Of a stretch of DNA of 64,000 nt, positions 37,428 through 47,047 are shown one piece after another. Where the stretch lies: NCBI GenBank assembly GCA_965208105.1, contig OZ242318.1, forward strand, positions 576,001 through 640,000, written 5' to 3'. The notes beneath the pieces are model-generated. The model was not told the origin of the DNA. It did no database searches and was given only the letters and a program-made list of their open reading frames with translations. Numbering within the stretch: the stretch's first letter is position 1; each line of letters starts with the position of its first letter. Origin of the DNA: Candidatus Latescibacterota bacterium (GTDB lineage: Bacteria; Latescibacterota; UBA2968; UBA8231). The translations under genes and the position numbers were made by a program.

Positions 37428-39824
37428 GCTGAAATGGGCGAAGTCCGCCACCGGGATCTGCTCCATGACGGTGGCGGCCGGCCGCAGCAGGTAGTCGCAG
37501 CCGGCGCGGGTCTCCAACACCAGGAGATCGGCGGGGGCGACAGTGCTCTCTCCGCCCTCCTGCTCGACCACCGCCACTTGGGCGGACGGCCAGGGGTTCT
37601 CCAGACGCAGGGTTCCGCCGGCGAGGGAACGCACGAGAACATAGTCCACTTCATCCGTTCTTTTCTCGGCTGAGACCAGAAAGGCCCCCGGCCCCCGCAG
37701 CGAATGGAAGCGGGCCGGCACCCCTGCGGGGATCCCTGGGAAAAGGTGCAGCACACCGGCCAGACCGGTGAGCATCATGTCCGCGAGAACCCGGCATATC
37801 CCCGGGCCGTGGTCCATCTGGAAGATGCCCGGGGCCCACAGGCGCACGGCTCCGTTCCTGGCGAAGGCATCCTCCTCATCGGGATAGCGGGCGCGTTCGA
37901 AGGCGGTCTCGACCTCACCGATGCGCAGCAGCTCGCACAGTCCCTGGCCGCCGAATCCCATGTCACCGCTGAAGCAGTTCTGCCCCGATTCCTCCAGATG
38001 CCTCCAGGTGCGGCGCGCCTGCTCGTACCATTCGCGGGGACCGTGCCACTTGCTCACCAGCTCGGCGGGAAAGACGAGGGGCAGCAGATAATTGTGGTCC
38101 TGGTAGTAGGGCTCCTGGTCCTCCCACGCCTTCCAGCAGCCCTGCGGCGTGGTCGGCGGCGGAGCCAGTCGTTCCAAGCGCGCGCGCCATTCCTCCACGA
38201 GCCCGGCATCTCTCCCGAGAACCCCGGCTGACGCAATGGCGCGCTGGAAGGCGCCGCGGAACATGGCCTGGGCGTAGAGGGAGTTGCGTCCCCAGGCGCG
38301 GAATTCCCTCCCCCTGGCCTCGAAGTGCACCGAGGGCACGATGATCCATTGCCGCCGCTCTTCGTCCCAGATTAGATAATCGGTGAAGAACAAAGCCACG
38401 TCGCGCAGCAGAGGATAGGCCACCTCCTCGAGGAAGGTTTGGTCCTGGGAATACTCATAGTACTGCCAGAACAACTGGGTCACCCAGGAGGAGGCGCTGG
38501 GATCGGTTCCCAGGGTCTGGTAGTCGGGCTGGGTGGTTTCGTTGCCGCCGATGCTGCCCCCGTGAGGGAAGCGCAAGCCGCGCATGCGGAAATATCGGGA
38601 GGCATCGCGGCGCGCCGCGGCGGCGGTGCGGTGGTAGTGGCGCAGATAGGGCTCAACCATGTCGAGGCGGTTGTTGGTGAACATGCCCCAGTAGACGCAC
38701 TGGATGTTCACATTGCTGTGAAAGTCGGCGTTCCAGGGCGGCACGTTCTCCCCCACCCAGGGTCCCTGCAAACCTGGGGATTGTCTGCCCGCCTCAAGTG
38801 CAGACCCGGCAAGATAGAGGGATCGGTAGTAGCCGCGCTCCACCGCCTCGGAGCCGACGCTGGCCAAGCCGCGCCGCCAGTAGCGGCGCCACCAACCCAG
38901 GTGGTCGTCCACAATCGCCCGGGCACCCGCCCGAACCGCCCGCGCCAGCCTCCTCCGCGCCTCGCCCTCGGTATCCTCAGCATCTTCGGAGCTGACGACG
39001 GTCAGCACCAGCGACCCGGAGCCCCGGGTTTCCGGCGTCCATACCCCCGAGAGCCGGCCTTCATGCGCCGCGGCGCTGCACTTGCCGGCGAGAGCAGCCA
39101 CCCCCACCGAGTAGGCGCCGCCGGCGGAGAAATGCTGGGTCAGCAGGCAAACGCCGTCTTCGGCGCTGGCCTCCGGCGCCGGGTTGCGCGGCAACCGGGG
39201 GCGGCCCAGGTCCCAGTGAATCTTCTCCGCAACCAGATCCTCTCCATCCCGGGTGAACTCGATGTAGAGCACCTGAAAGCGCCGCGAAACCAGGGCGCGC
39301 ACCTCCGCCCGCGTCCCGGCACCGCTCCAGGTCAGGCCTGCGCCCCCCGAGCGCAAGCTGGCCCTCAGGGTGCAGGAGGCGATGACGCCGCCCTCGTCCA
39401 GGTGAAGAATCAGGCGCCCGCAGGTGGTCAGGTGGGGGAGCGCGGCGCAGTAGGAGGCTCTGGCTTCCCCGCGCAGCCTTTCGAAACCTTGCTCGTCGTC
39501 TTCGAAGTAAGTCTGCCGGTAAGGGCCGAAGGTCTCTCCGATGAATTGGCTGCCATCGTCGTTCTGGCGGTTCCACACGTCCGATTTGCCCAGGACGAAG
39601 CCCATGGCGTCGGGATAGCCGTAAATCATGGCTCCGAAGTCGCCATTGCCAACGGGGGCTCCCGCGCGCCAGTCCGCCGGCGGTCCTTGAGGAGCCCCCC
39701 AGACCATGTCATGGCGGTCCAGGAGCTGGGCAAGGTCTATGGAAAAACGCGACGGCTGCGCGGGCAGGGATTGCCGCGGCAGGCGCTCCGCGGCCAGGCT
39801 TGCAGGGGGCTTTTCAGTGCTCAC
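37425..39824 (-). CDS. GH95-like glycoside hydrolase (alpha-L-fucosidase-like)
   Basis: APVGNGDFGAMIYG, GLQGPW and WNADFHSNVNIQCVYW motifs. Confidence 0.78.
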   Translation of the reverse strand: MSTEKPPASLAAERLPRQSLPAQPSRFSIDLAQLLDRHDMVWGAPQGPPADWRAGAPVGNGDFGAMIYGYPDAMGFVLGKSDVWNRQNDDGSQFIGETFGPYRQTYFEDDEQGFERLRGEARASYCAALPHLTTCGRLILHLDEGGVIASCTLRASLRSGGAGLTWSGAGTRAEVRALVSRRFQVLYIEFTRDGEDLVAEKIHWDLGRPRLPRNPAPEASAEDGVCLLTQHFSAGGAYSVGVAALAGKCSAAAHEGRLSGVWTPETRGSGSLVLTVVSSEDAEDTEGEARRRLARAVRAGARAIVDDHLGWWRRYWRRGLASVGSEAVERGYYRSLYLAGSALEAGRQSPGLQGPWVGENVPPWNADFHSNVNIQCVYWGMFTNNRLDMVEPYLRHYHRTAAAARRDASRYFRMRGLRFPHGGSIGGNETTQPDYQTLGTDPSASSWVTQLFWQYYEYSQDQTFLEEVAYPLLRDVALFFTDYLIWDEERRQWIIVPSVHFEARGREFRAWGRNSLYAQAMFRGAFQRAIASAGVLGRDAGLVEEWRARLERLAPPPTTPQGCWKAWEDQEPYYQDHNYLLPLVFPAELVSKWHGPREWYEQARRTWRHLEESGQNCFSGDMGFGGQGLCELLRIGEVETAFERARYPDEEDAFARNGAVRLWAPGIFQMDHGPGICRVLADMMLTGLAGVLHLFPGIPAGVPARFHSLRGPGAFLVSAEKRTDEVDYVLVRSLAGGTLRLENPWPSAQVAVVEQEGGESTVAPADLLVLETRAGCDYLLRPAATVMEQIPVADFAHFS

Positions 39825-39833
39825 GAGAATGGC

Positions 39834-40724
39834 TCACAGCGGCTGCCCGGCGGCGGTTGCGCGCCTGATCCGGCGCTCCAGGCGGAAGGCGAGAAATTCG
39901 TAGGGGTGCCATGGGGAATAGTGCTCCAATATGGCCTCCTCCGTGCAGGCAAGTCCGATCTCTCCACAGTAACCGCGCACCTCCGAATCTACCGGGATCT
40001 GCCCGTACTCCCCGAGAAGAACGGCGACGTGGTTGATGCTGTAGGGCCCCAGCCCCTTGACCGCGCCAAGCCTGGCGAGGACCTCCCGCGCTCCACCGCG
40101 GACGATCTCGCCGTCGGCGCCGAAGGCCTGGGCGATGTTCCACAAATACCCGGCCCGGTATCCCAGCCTGCATCTCTCCTCCAGCGCCCGGAGACCCAGG
40201 GCCATGACCATCTGACACGAGGGGAAATAGGCAGGTCCTCCTCCGCCATCCGTCATGGCGTTGCATTCGGACACCAGAAGGTGGCACATCTGGCGCGTGA
40301 AGGCCCAGGAGGCATTGGTCGTGAACAAGGTCTTCACCACGTCCTCGAAGAGTGTCGAGCCCTTCAGCATCCGCGCCCCGCCCCTTCGAGCGAGGCGGTG
40401 AATCCGCCGGTCAAGCTCCCGGGAGCGGCGCACGAAGGGACCGGGATCGATATCCAACCCCAGCATGTAGGAGCAGCGGCGGCGCAGCAGCTTCTTTTCC
40501 GGGGCCGTCAGGTTGCTTGCGCACCGGCACGATACGGCCGCCCCGGCGCCGGAATCCTCAACGGCGAGGTGAACGAGCTTCCCGTTGACGTACTCGTGCC
40601 GGCTCAGGATTCCGTCCCGCTCATCCCAGCTGAATGGAGCCAACTGAACCCAACCGTGAGAATGGACGAGCAGATCGAGATCGAAATAGCTCGCCCGGAA
40701 GCGAAACCTGGCTGCCTGCTTCAT
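39834..40724 (-). CDS. HhH-GPD superfamily DNA glycosylase-like protein
   Basis: FEDVVKTLFTTN, LGYRA, VKGLGPYS and IPVDS motifs. Confidence 0.8.
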   Translation of the reverse strand: MKQAARFRFRASYFDLDLLVHSHGWVQLAPFSWDERDGILSRHEYVNGKLVHLAVEDSGAGAAVSCRCASNLTAPEKKLLRRRCSYMLGLDIDPGPFVRRSRELDRRIHRLARRGGARMLKGSTLFEDVVKTLFTTNASWAFTRQMCHLLVSECNAMTDGGGGPAYFPSCQMVMALGLRALEERCRLGYRAGYLWNIAQAFGADGEIVRGGAREVLARLGAVKGLGPYSINHVAVLLGEYGQIPVDSEVRGYCGEIGLACTEEAILEHYSPWHPYEFLAFRLERRIRRATAAGQPL

Positions 40725-40868
40725 CTGGAGGGAACTCCTTCGTGGCGGGAAACACGGGTCCGTAGCGGCCCATCACCGGCTGACTGCCCGGCGCCATGAA
40801 CCTCCGTGAAGGCGGGAGAATCCCCGGGTCGCAGCGGGACCCGCACCAGCGTGGACCGGGAAGGGTCC

Positions 40869-41001
40869 GGCAAGACTGCCGGTCGAATACGGCGTTGCGC
40901 TCCCTCCCCGAATCCCCTCGATTCGCCTCGGCCGCACGCCTTGCCTTCGACCGCCATGCCTCGGCCTCGCCTGCAGAGCAACTTTATCAACGGGTTGCTA
41001 G
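40869..41001 (-). repeat. Family 2 hairpin element (degenerate MITE-like) starting on the aminotransferase TAG
   Basis: Minus strand reads CTAGCAACCCGTTGATAAAGT…CGGTCGAA-GGCAAGGCG…CGAATC/GATTCG…GCAACGCC-GTA-TTCGACCG. Confidence 0.6.
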
Positions 41002-42230
41002 ATCACGTCCTCGGCATGCCCGGCCAGGGATCTCTCGAGGGCCGCCATGCCGGCGCCCAGGTCCAGCACGGCCCCCATCTTGGTGAAGGCCACACCAAGG
41101 GCGTGAAGCACCCTGAAGAGATTGGGCGCCCGGCATTGCTCTCCCATCTGCCCGATGCGCACGATGTTCAGGTCAGGATCGATGGAGCCTGCTATCTCCA
41201 CCTTGAACATCTTCGACATGTAGCCCCTCGCCTGCGCGTCGTCCAGACCCCGAGGAACCTCAATTGCAACCACTGAATTGAGACGGTATTCTTTGGGCGT
41301 GAACAATTTAAGTCCCATCTCTTCAATGCCATCCTGAAGTGCAAGGGAACTCCACAGATGGCGCTCGAAGCGTCTTTCGAGAGTCTCGTCGATTATCAGG
41401 CGAAGAGCCTCGTGCATGGCCAGCAGGCCCGGCACCGGGGCGGTGTAATGGTACTGGTGGCCACTCCAGAACCTTTCGGCTCGCAGCGCGTCCAGGCACC
41501 AGTGCGGCTTGGGCCGGGTGTTCCCTTCGATCACCTCCCAGGCACGGGGCGAAAAGGAGATCAGAGAAACCCCGGGCAGCGACGAAAGCCCCTTCTGGCT
41601 GCCGGTGAGCACCACGTCGAGACCCCACTCGTCCTTCTTGAGGGGCATGGTGCTCAAGGTGCAGACCGCGTCCAGCAAGGTCAGGGCTCCGTGTTCCCGG
41701 GCAAGCCGCGCGATTTTGACCAGGTCCGTGTTCCACACCCCGCAGGCCGTCTCTCCCTGCACCATGGTTACCGCGTCGAAGCGCTCCGCCCCCAGACGGC
41801 GCTCCACCTGTTCAGCCGCGATGGGACCTCCCTCAGGTGCCTCGAGGATATGCACTTCGGCGCCGACTCCCGCGGCCATTTCCGCAAAGCGGCCGCTGAA
41901 CCACCCATTCCTCAGCACGAGGACCTTGCGCCCGGGCCACAGAAGGTTGCCCACGGCCATTTCCATCGAGGCCGAGGCGGGCCCCGATACCCCGAAGATA
42001 TGGCCGTCCCAGGTCTGGAAAACGTAGCGCGCCATTTCCTTGATGTGGCGCACCACCATGTCCATGCTTTCGCCGAGGTGGTTGATCACCATGCTGCCCG
42101 CCCGCGCCACCTCGGCCGGCACCGGCACCGGCCCGGCCCCCATGAGCAGCAATGGCTCGGCCGGAAGAACTTCGACGATAGAGGGCAAGTGGGGACGGGG
42201 GATACTCGAGTCGGCCGGGCTCAATTCCAA
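40998..42230 (-). CDS. Class V PLP aminotransferase (alanine-glyoxylate/serine-pyruvate type)
   Basis: LLMGAGP, ETACGV, DAVCT, GSQKGL, YHYTAP and RIGQMG motifs. Confidence 0.9.
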   Translation of the reverse strand: MELSPADSSIPRPHLPSIVEVLPAEPLLLMGAGPVPVPAEVARAGSMVINHLGESMDMVVRHIKEMARYVFQTWDGHIFGVSGPASASMEMAVGNLLWPGRKVLVLRNGWFSGRFAEMAAGVGAEVHILEAPEGGPIAAEQVERRLGAERFDAVTMVQGETACGVWNTDLVKIARLAREHGALTLLDAVCTLSTMPLKKDEWGLDVVLTGSQKGLSSLPGVSLISFSPRAWEVIEGNTRPKPHWCLDALRAERFWSGHQYHYTAPVPGLLAMHEALRLIIDETLERRFERHLWSSLALQDGIEEMGLKLFTPKEYRLNSVVAIEVPRGLDDAQARGYMSKMFKVEIAGSIDPDLNIVRIGQMGEQCRAPNLFRVLHALGVAFTKMGAVLDLGAGMAALERSLAGHAEDVI

Positions 42231-42288
42231 TCCGTACGGTTAAGGAAGGAGATGATGATGAAGAAACCGCTGGGCTGCAATTTTTCCC

Positions 42289-43698
42289 TCACAGGTTGAG
42301 GGCCTCGCCAAAGGCTTCGCCCGCCGCTTCCATGACCGCCTCGGCCAGGGTCGGGTGGGCGTGAACCGTGTGCAGGACTTCCTCGTAGGTTGCCTCCATG
42401 CTGCGCGCAAGGCCGATCTCGGCGATCAGCTCGGTGGCCTCCGCCCCGATGATGGAAGCGCCAAGGAGTTCTCCGTAGGACGCCCCGAAAACCAGTTTCA
42501 CCAGGCCCTCGGTCTCTCCGGTTGCCCGCGCCTTGCCGCTGGCCGAAAAAGGGAAGCGGCCGACCTTGACTTCGTGTCCGGCCTCCCTCGCCTCGCGCTC
42601 CGTGAAGCCGACGCTGGCGACCTGCGGCTGGCAGTAGGTACAGCTGGGGATGTTGCTGCGGTCGATCTCGGGGCGCTCGCGGTCTGCGATAAACTCCACT
42701 GCCGCCACCCCCTCCGCCGAGGCCATGTGCGCCAACTGAGGCGCCCCGACCACGTCGCCAATGGCGCTGATTCCCTTCACGCTGGTCTGCAGCCGCCCGT
42801 CCACCTCGATGGCGCCGCCGCCCGTGCGCACTCCAAGAGCCGCCAGGCCAAGCCCCTCGAGATTGCCCTCCACACCCACCGCCATCAGCACCTTGTCGAC
42901 CTGCTCGCAGCCTTCGCCCTTCTCCCCCTTGTAGCGCACTTCGACCTGGTCCTCACCGGGCTCGATGGCTTCGACCCTGACGCCGGTTTCGATTTCGATG
43001 CCCTGCTTCTGCAGACTTCGATCCAGAAGTTCGGCCACCTCCTCGTCCTCCCGCGGCAGTACCTGGGGCAGGGCCTCCAGCACCTTCACCCTGGTGCCGA
43101 AGGCGTTGTAGAAATAGGCGAACTCTATCCCGATGGCCCCGGCTCCGACGATGATCATGGAATCCGGACGCTCATCGGTGATCATGGCCTCCTGGCTGCT
43201 CAGGACCAGACTGCCGTCGATCTCGACTCCGGGAATGCTGCGCGGCCGTCCGCCGGTGGCAATGATGATGTGACGGGCGTCTAGAAGCGCCGAGGCCTGA
43301 TCCTCCCCGTCCCTCACTTCCACCTTTTTGGCCGGCGTGATGAGCCCCCTGCCGGTGAACACCTGGACCCCGTTCTTGCTCATCAGGTAGGCAACACCCG
43401 AGGCCAGTTGACCCGCCACCCTGCGGCTGCGCCCGATGATCTTCTTCCAATCGAAGCCTACCTCACCGACCTCGAAACCGAATTCGCCGGCGCGCTGGAA
43501 GAGCCTGTAGATCTCCGCCTGCTTGAGCAGTGCCTTGGTAGGAATACAGCCCCAGTTGAGGCAAACCCCGCCGAGGGAATCCTCCTTTTCCACCACCGCG
43601 GCCTTCAGGCCCAGCTGGCCGGCGCGGATCGCGGCGGTGTAGCCCCCTGGTCCCGCCCCGATGACGACGATATCGAACTCTTTGCTCTCTGTTGCCAT
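42289..43698 (-). CDS. lpdA: Dihydrolipoamide dehydrogenase
   Basis: GAGPGGY, GGVCLNWGCIPTK and HAHPTLAE motifs. Confidence 0.95.
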   Translation of the reverse strand: MATESKEFDIVVIGAGPGGYTAAIRAGQLGLKAAVVEKEDSLGGVCLNWGCIPTKALLKQAEIYRLFQRAGEFGFEVGEVGFDWKKIIGRSRRVAGQLASGVAYLMSKNGVQVFTGRGLITPAKKVEVRDGEDQASALLDARHIIIATGGRPRSIPGVEIDGSLVLSSQEAMITDERPDSMIIVGAGAIGIEFAYFYNAFGTRVKVLEALPQVLPREDEEVAELLDRSLQKQGIEIETGVRVEAIEPGEDQVEVRYKGEKGEGCEQVDKVLMAVGVEGNLEGLGLAALGVRTGGGAIEVDGRLQTSVKGISAIGDVVGAPQLAHMASAEGVAAVEFIADRERPEIDRSNIPSCTYCQPQVASVGFTEREAREAGHEVKVGRFPFSASGKARATGETEGLVKLVFGASYGELLGASIIGAEATELIAEIGLARSMEATYEEVLHTVHAHPTLAEAVMEAAGEAFGEALNL

Positions 43699-43720
43699 GA
43701 ACTCCCCGCAGCATTGAAAT

Positions 43721-43757
43721 TTGACAGAAGGTTAATAATTACAGAAAATTAATAAAA
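43721..43757. promoter_or_regulatory. AT-rich divergent promoter with direct repeats
   Basis: ACAGAAGGTTAATAA and ACAGAAAATTAATAA at 17-bp period, overlapping TTGACA. Confidence 0.45.
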
Positions 43758-43779
43758 CAAGAAACCGCCGGACAAGCAA

Positions 43780-44241
43780 TTGACTCCAGGTTCGATTACC
43801 ATCTACAGCGACGGCGCCTGCTCCGGAAACCCGGGTCCGGGAGGATGGTCCGCCCGCATTAAGTTTGCCCCTGATCGCGTCCGCGAGCTGGGGGGATTCG
43901 CCGCCGATACAACCAACAACCGGATGGAGTTGTTCGCCGCCATCGCAGCCCTCCGCAGCGTCGGCGCCGCCGTCCCCGTTACCATGGTCACCGACAGCGA
44001 GTACCTGCGCAAGGGCATCACCCAGTGGATCCACAACTGGAAGCGCAGGAACTGGAAGACGGCCGCCAGGAAACCCGTGCTCAACCAGGACCTCTGGCAG
44101 AAACTGGACCGTCTCAACTCTCCACGGATAAGCTGGCACTATGTCCGCGGCCATGGTGGCGATCCGGACAATGAGCGCTGCGACGAGATTGCGCGGGCTT
44201 TCTCCAGGGGCGACCTCCCCGAGCTCGTGGACACTGCCTGA
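43780..44241 (+). CDS. rnhA: Ribonuclease HI
   Basis: YSDGACSGNPGPGGW, TTNNRMEL, TDSEY and VRGHGG..DNERCD motifs. Confidence 0.95.
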   Translation: MTPGSITIYSDGACSGNPGPGGWSARIKFAPDRVRELGGFAADTTNNRMELFAAIAALRSVGAAVPVTMVTDSEYLRKGITQWIHNWKRRNWKTAARKPVLNQDLWQKLDRLNSPRISWHYVRGHGGDPDNERCDEIARAFSRGDLPELVDTA

Positions 44242-44288
44242 ATCGTCCACACCGCCAATATCCGCTCTATCACCAGGAAAGGTCCACC

Positions 44289-45293
44289 ATGCTCCATATC
44301 GGCTTCATAGGCTGTGGCGGCATCGCCCGCCTCCACGCATCCCGCCTGGCCAGGATGCGCAACGTCCGCATCGTCGCGGCCTCGGACCTGGTTGAACAAA
44401 CCGCCCGGGAATTCGCCTCGGACTGCGGCGCTTCTCAAGCCTTCACCGACCATGAAAGGATGCTCGAGCTCGACCGCCTCGACGCCGTCTGGGTCTGCAC
44501 CCCCACCTTTCAGCACACCGCCCCCGTGGTGGCTGCTGCGCGGGCGGGAAAGCACGTCTTCTGCGAAAAACCCATGGCCCTCAAACTGCGCGACGCGCAG
44601 CGCATGGCCTCCTCCTGCGAACGCCACGGGGTTCGCCTTGCCATCGGCTTCGTGCGCCGCTTCGACTCCGAGTGGGGCAAGCTCAAGCAGGTAATCAGCT
44701 CAGGTATCCTGGGAAGGCCGCTGATCTGGCGCTACCTGGCCGACGGCCGTCCGCAGAACCCCTGGTTCAGGGACGCCGGCAAGGGCGGGGGACCCCTGAT
44801 GGACGGGGCGGTTCACAACTACGACTTCGCCATGCAGATTTTCGGACCCGTAGCATCCGTCCAGGCCTCGTCCCTGCAATTCGACCCCACCAGCGTCGGC
44901 GCCGACACGGCCAGCGTCATTCTCAACTTTGCCTCGGGGGATCAGCACACCCTGGTCTGGACCTGGGGCATGGAACCTGGGTCCTCCTGCGCCGGCATCA
45001 ACGACGCCATCGGCCCCAGGGGCTCGCTGCAGTTCGGCATGGCCGCTTCCAAGGCGCCTTCGAGCTACGACCCCGGCAAGCACGGGGCGCTCACTCTCAA
45101 AAGCGCAAAAGGCAGGGAGAGAGTCTATCCCTACCGCCTTCAGGACATGTTCGCCACCCAGGCGCGGCACGTGGTGAGGTGCTTCGAAAAAGACGAGCAG
45201 CCCCTGGTCGGAGCGGCGGACGGCATAGCCGCCCTCAGGGTGGCGGCCGCCGTGCTCAAATCGGGGCAGACCCGCCGCACCGTCAGGATATAG
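44289..45293 (+). CDS. Gfo/Idh/MocA oxidoreductase
   Basis: GFIGCGGIA, HVFCEKPMA and GGG.LMDGAVH motifs. Confidence 0.9.
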   Translation: MLHIGFIGCGGIARLHASRLARMRNVRIVAASDLVEQTAREFASDCGASQAFTDHERMLELDRLDAVWVCTPTFQHTAPVVAAARAGKHVFCEKPMALKLRDAQRMASSCERHGVRLAIGFVRRFDSEWGKLKQVISSGILGRPLIWRYLADGRPQNPWFRDAGKGGGPLMDGAVHNYDFAMQIFGPVASVQASSLQFDPTSVGADTASVILNFASGDQHTLVWTWGMEPGSSCAGINDAIGPRGSLQFGMAASKAPSSYDPGKHGALTLKSAKGRERVYPYRLQDMFATQARHVVRCFEKDEQPLVGAADGIAALRVAAAVLKSGQTRRTVRI

Positions 45294-45472
45294 TCGGGAC
45301 CCTCGGCTCACGGAAGGTCCCTCCCGGTTCTCCTTTTGCGGTGAGCGCTCTTCCGAGGGGACCGAGATCTCTTTTCGACCTCTGAGCGAAGCTTATTCCC
45401 CGGGAGGAAGGAAGGGGCGCCGTGCCGATTCCGCGCGGCGAAACGATCCCGGAGTATTCCAGGGTCGGCACG

Positions 45473-46165
45473 CTATTGGCTCCAGGTCTTCCCCCCGTCG
45501 GTGGAAATGCGCGTATGCGCCTTCCACTCCTCCACCGCACCGTCGCCATAGCGATGGATGTCCCCCACCCGGGTCTCGGCGATTTCGGCGCCCACCTGGC
45601 CGCCGCCGTCCGGCCGGTTGGTCTCTATACGCACGCTGTCGAAGGCGACCTTGCCCTCCAGAATGGCCACCACTTCCCTTTGCGCCGCCATCTGGCGGCG
45701 CTCCAGGGCGGCGCGCTCGATTTTGGGGACGCGGAAGCGCAGCACCAGGCGCTGCAGGTCCGGGTCCAGGTTGATTCCGTAGTAGACCCCTAACTTCTCG
45801 TTGACGCGGCGTTTGATCTGGGGCATGTTGTCCTGCAGCGGCAGGCGCGGCGCCGCCCTTTCCTCCCGCGGCTCCTCCTCGGCGGCGAATCCCTGGAGGG
45901 AGGGGCCCCATATCCAGCCTTCGATGCGGAAGCGCACCCACTCCCCCTTCCCGCTGATGCGCTCGATTTCAACATCCTTGAGCAAGGTGCCCAATTTCCG
46001 GCCGTTGGGAGCGTCGCGAAAATTCTCCACGCTGGTTTCAACCGCGTAAATTCCCTCTTCCTCCGGTTCGAGCTTGGCAGCCAATGCCGCCAGGCCGGAA
46101 GCCAGCACCAGGACCGAAGCAGGCCCCCAAACGCGGACGGCGAACCTTCTGCAGAATCGAGACAT
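45473..46165 (-). CDS. Secreted hypothetical protein with SH3b-like N-terminal domain
   Basis: Signal peptide and NFRDAPNG…GEWVRFRIEGWI. Confidence 0.65.
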   Translation of the reverse strand: MSRFCRRFAVRVWGPASVLVLASGLAALAAKLEPEEEGIYAVETSVENFRDAPNGRKLGTLLKDVEIERISGKGEWVRFRIEGWIWGPSLQGFAAEEEPREERAAPRLPLQDNMPQIKRRVNEKLGVYYGINLDPDLQRLVLRFRVPKIERAALERRQMAAQREVVAILEGKVAFDSVRIETNRPDGGGQVGAEIAETRVGDIHRYGDGAVEEWKAHTRISTDGGKTWSQ

Positions 46166-46289
46166 GGTAGTATCCGTGTCCTCCTCTCGTTACCCTGAAT
46201 CTACAGGCGCCGGCACTCGCCCACCCGCGCCCTCGCCAACCGGAAACCTCCAGGGTTTCAACCTGGGACCAAACCGGGCAACATGACCG

Positions 46290-46814
46290 TCAGGATTCCT
46301 CCCTGTCAGCCAGAAGCTCGGCGAGTTGGTGAACCTCCTCACCCACCGTCACGGTTCCCCCATAGGTGGGCGGATCGGTCGTCGAGTCGATGGTTATGTC
46401 CACAATTATATCCAATGGACCCTCTTCGCCTTCAATGCCGTTTGCCACCAATTCCCCCTTCAGGGTCAGGGGGCTGGCTTGGATGTCCAGGGTCAACTGG
46501 CCGTCGAGGAAGAGCACGCCATCGGACGAGAAACCCTCGATCGTCAGGGTGGTGCCCTGCACCGTAATGGTTCCCGCCTCGCCCTCGATGGTGCCGCCTC
46601 CCACCAGGACCTTCCCCAGTGCCTCTATCAAAATGGGCTCGAGGGAGGCGAACAGTCCCTGGGCTCTCAGCACCGCGGGATCCACCTCCGGGGTCCCGTT
46701 CTCCGGTTCGGTCGGACCTTCCTCCTTGTCATCGCCGCAGGCCACGCAGAGAAGAGCCAGAACGCCGATCAGCATCCAGGTCCGGGGGTAGTGGTTCAGA
46801 AGCTGCAGTCTCAT
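46290..46814 (-). CDS. Acidic hypothetical lipoprotein
   Basis: Lipobox CVAC followed by GDDKEEGPTEP. Confidence 0.7.
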   Translation of the reverse strand: MRLQLLNHYPRTWMLIGVLALLCVACGDDKEEGPTEPENGTPEVDPAVLRAQGLFASLEPILIEALGKVLVGGGTIEGEAGTITVQGTTLTIEGFSSDGVLFLDGQLTLDIQASPLTLKGELVANGIEGEEGPLDIIVDITIDSTTDPPTYGGTVTVGEEVHQLAELLADREES

Positions 46815-47047
46815 GGGATCCACCTTTCAGTTGGGTATGGGAGCAGCTGCCGCTCTCGGTTAGCTTCCCGAAGTTAGAAATTATTAAGGACCATCGCGTG
46901 CTCGGTCAAGCCGGTTCCGATCCGGCCTTCCCCTTCCCCCGACCGCACCCAACCTCAGAGCGGGAATGGGATTGACCGGGGTCAGGTCAGGGAATACGTT
47001 GAACCCGGCCCACTTCCTCGTTCCCGTTTCTTTCGCGGAGATGATTC

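Noticed and set aside
37095-37673. Short ORFs repeated at several loci (MPSLAVH…, MATYFCDGTL…, MSRGRDRLT…)
   Set aside because: They are translations of the repeat element, lack RBSs and run into unrelated flanks.
21154-40799. Long antisense ORFs (21154-23586, 27508-29637, 38439-40799 and similar)
   Set aside because: Shadow frames of well-supported genes in high-GC DNA, with no recognisable motifs.
46815-47047. Cobalamin riboswitch upstream of the TonB receptors (also 8463-8724)
   Set aside because: No B12-box or ordered conserved core could be found.
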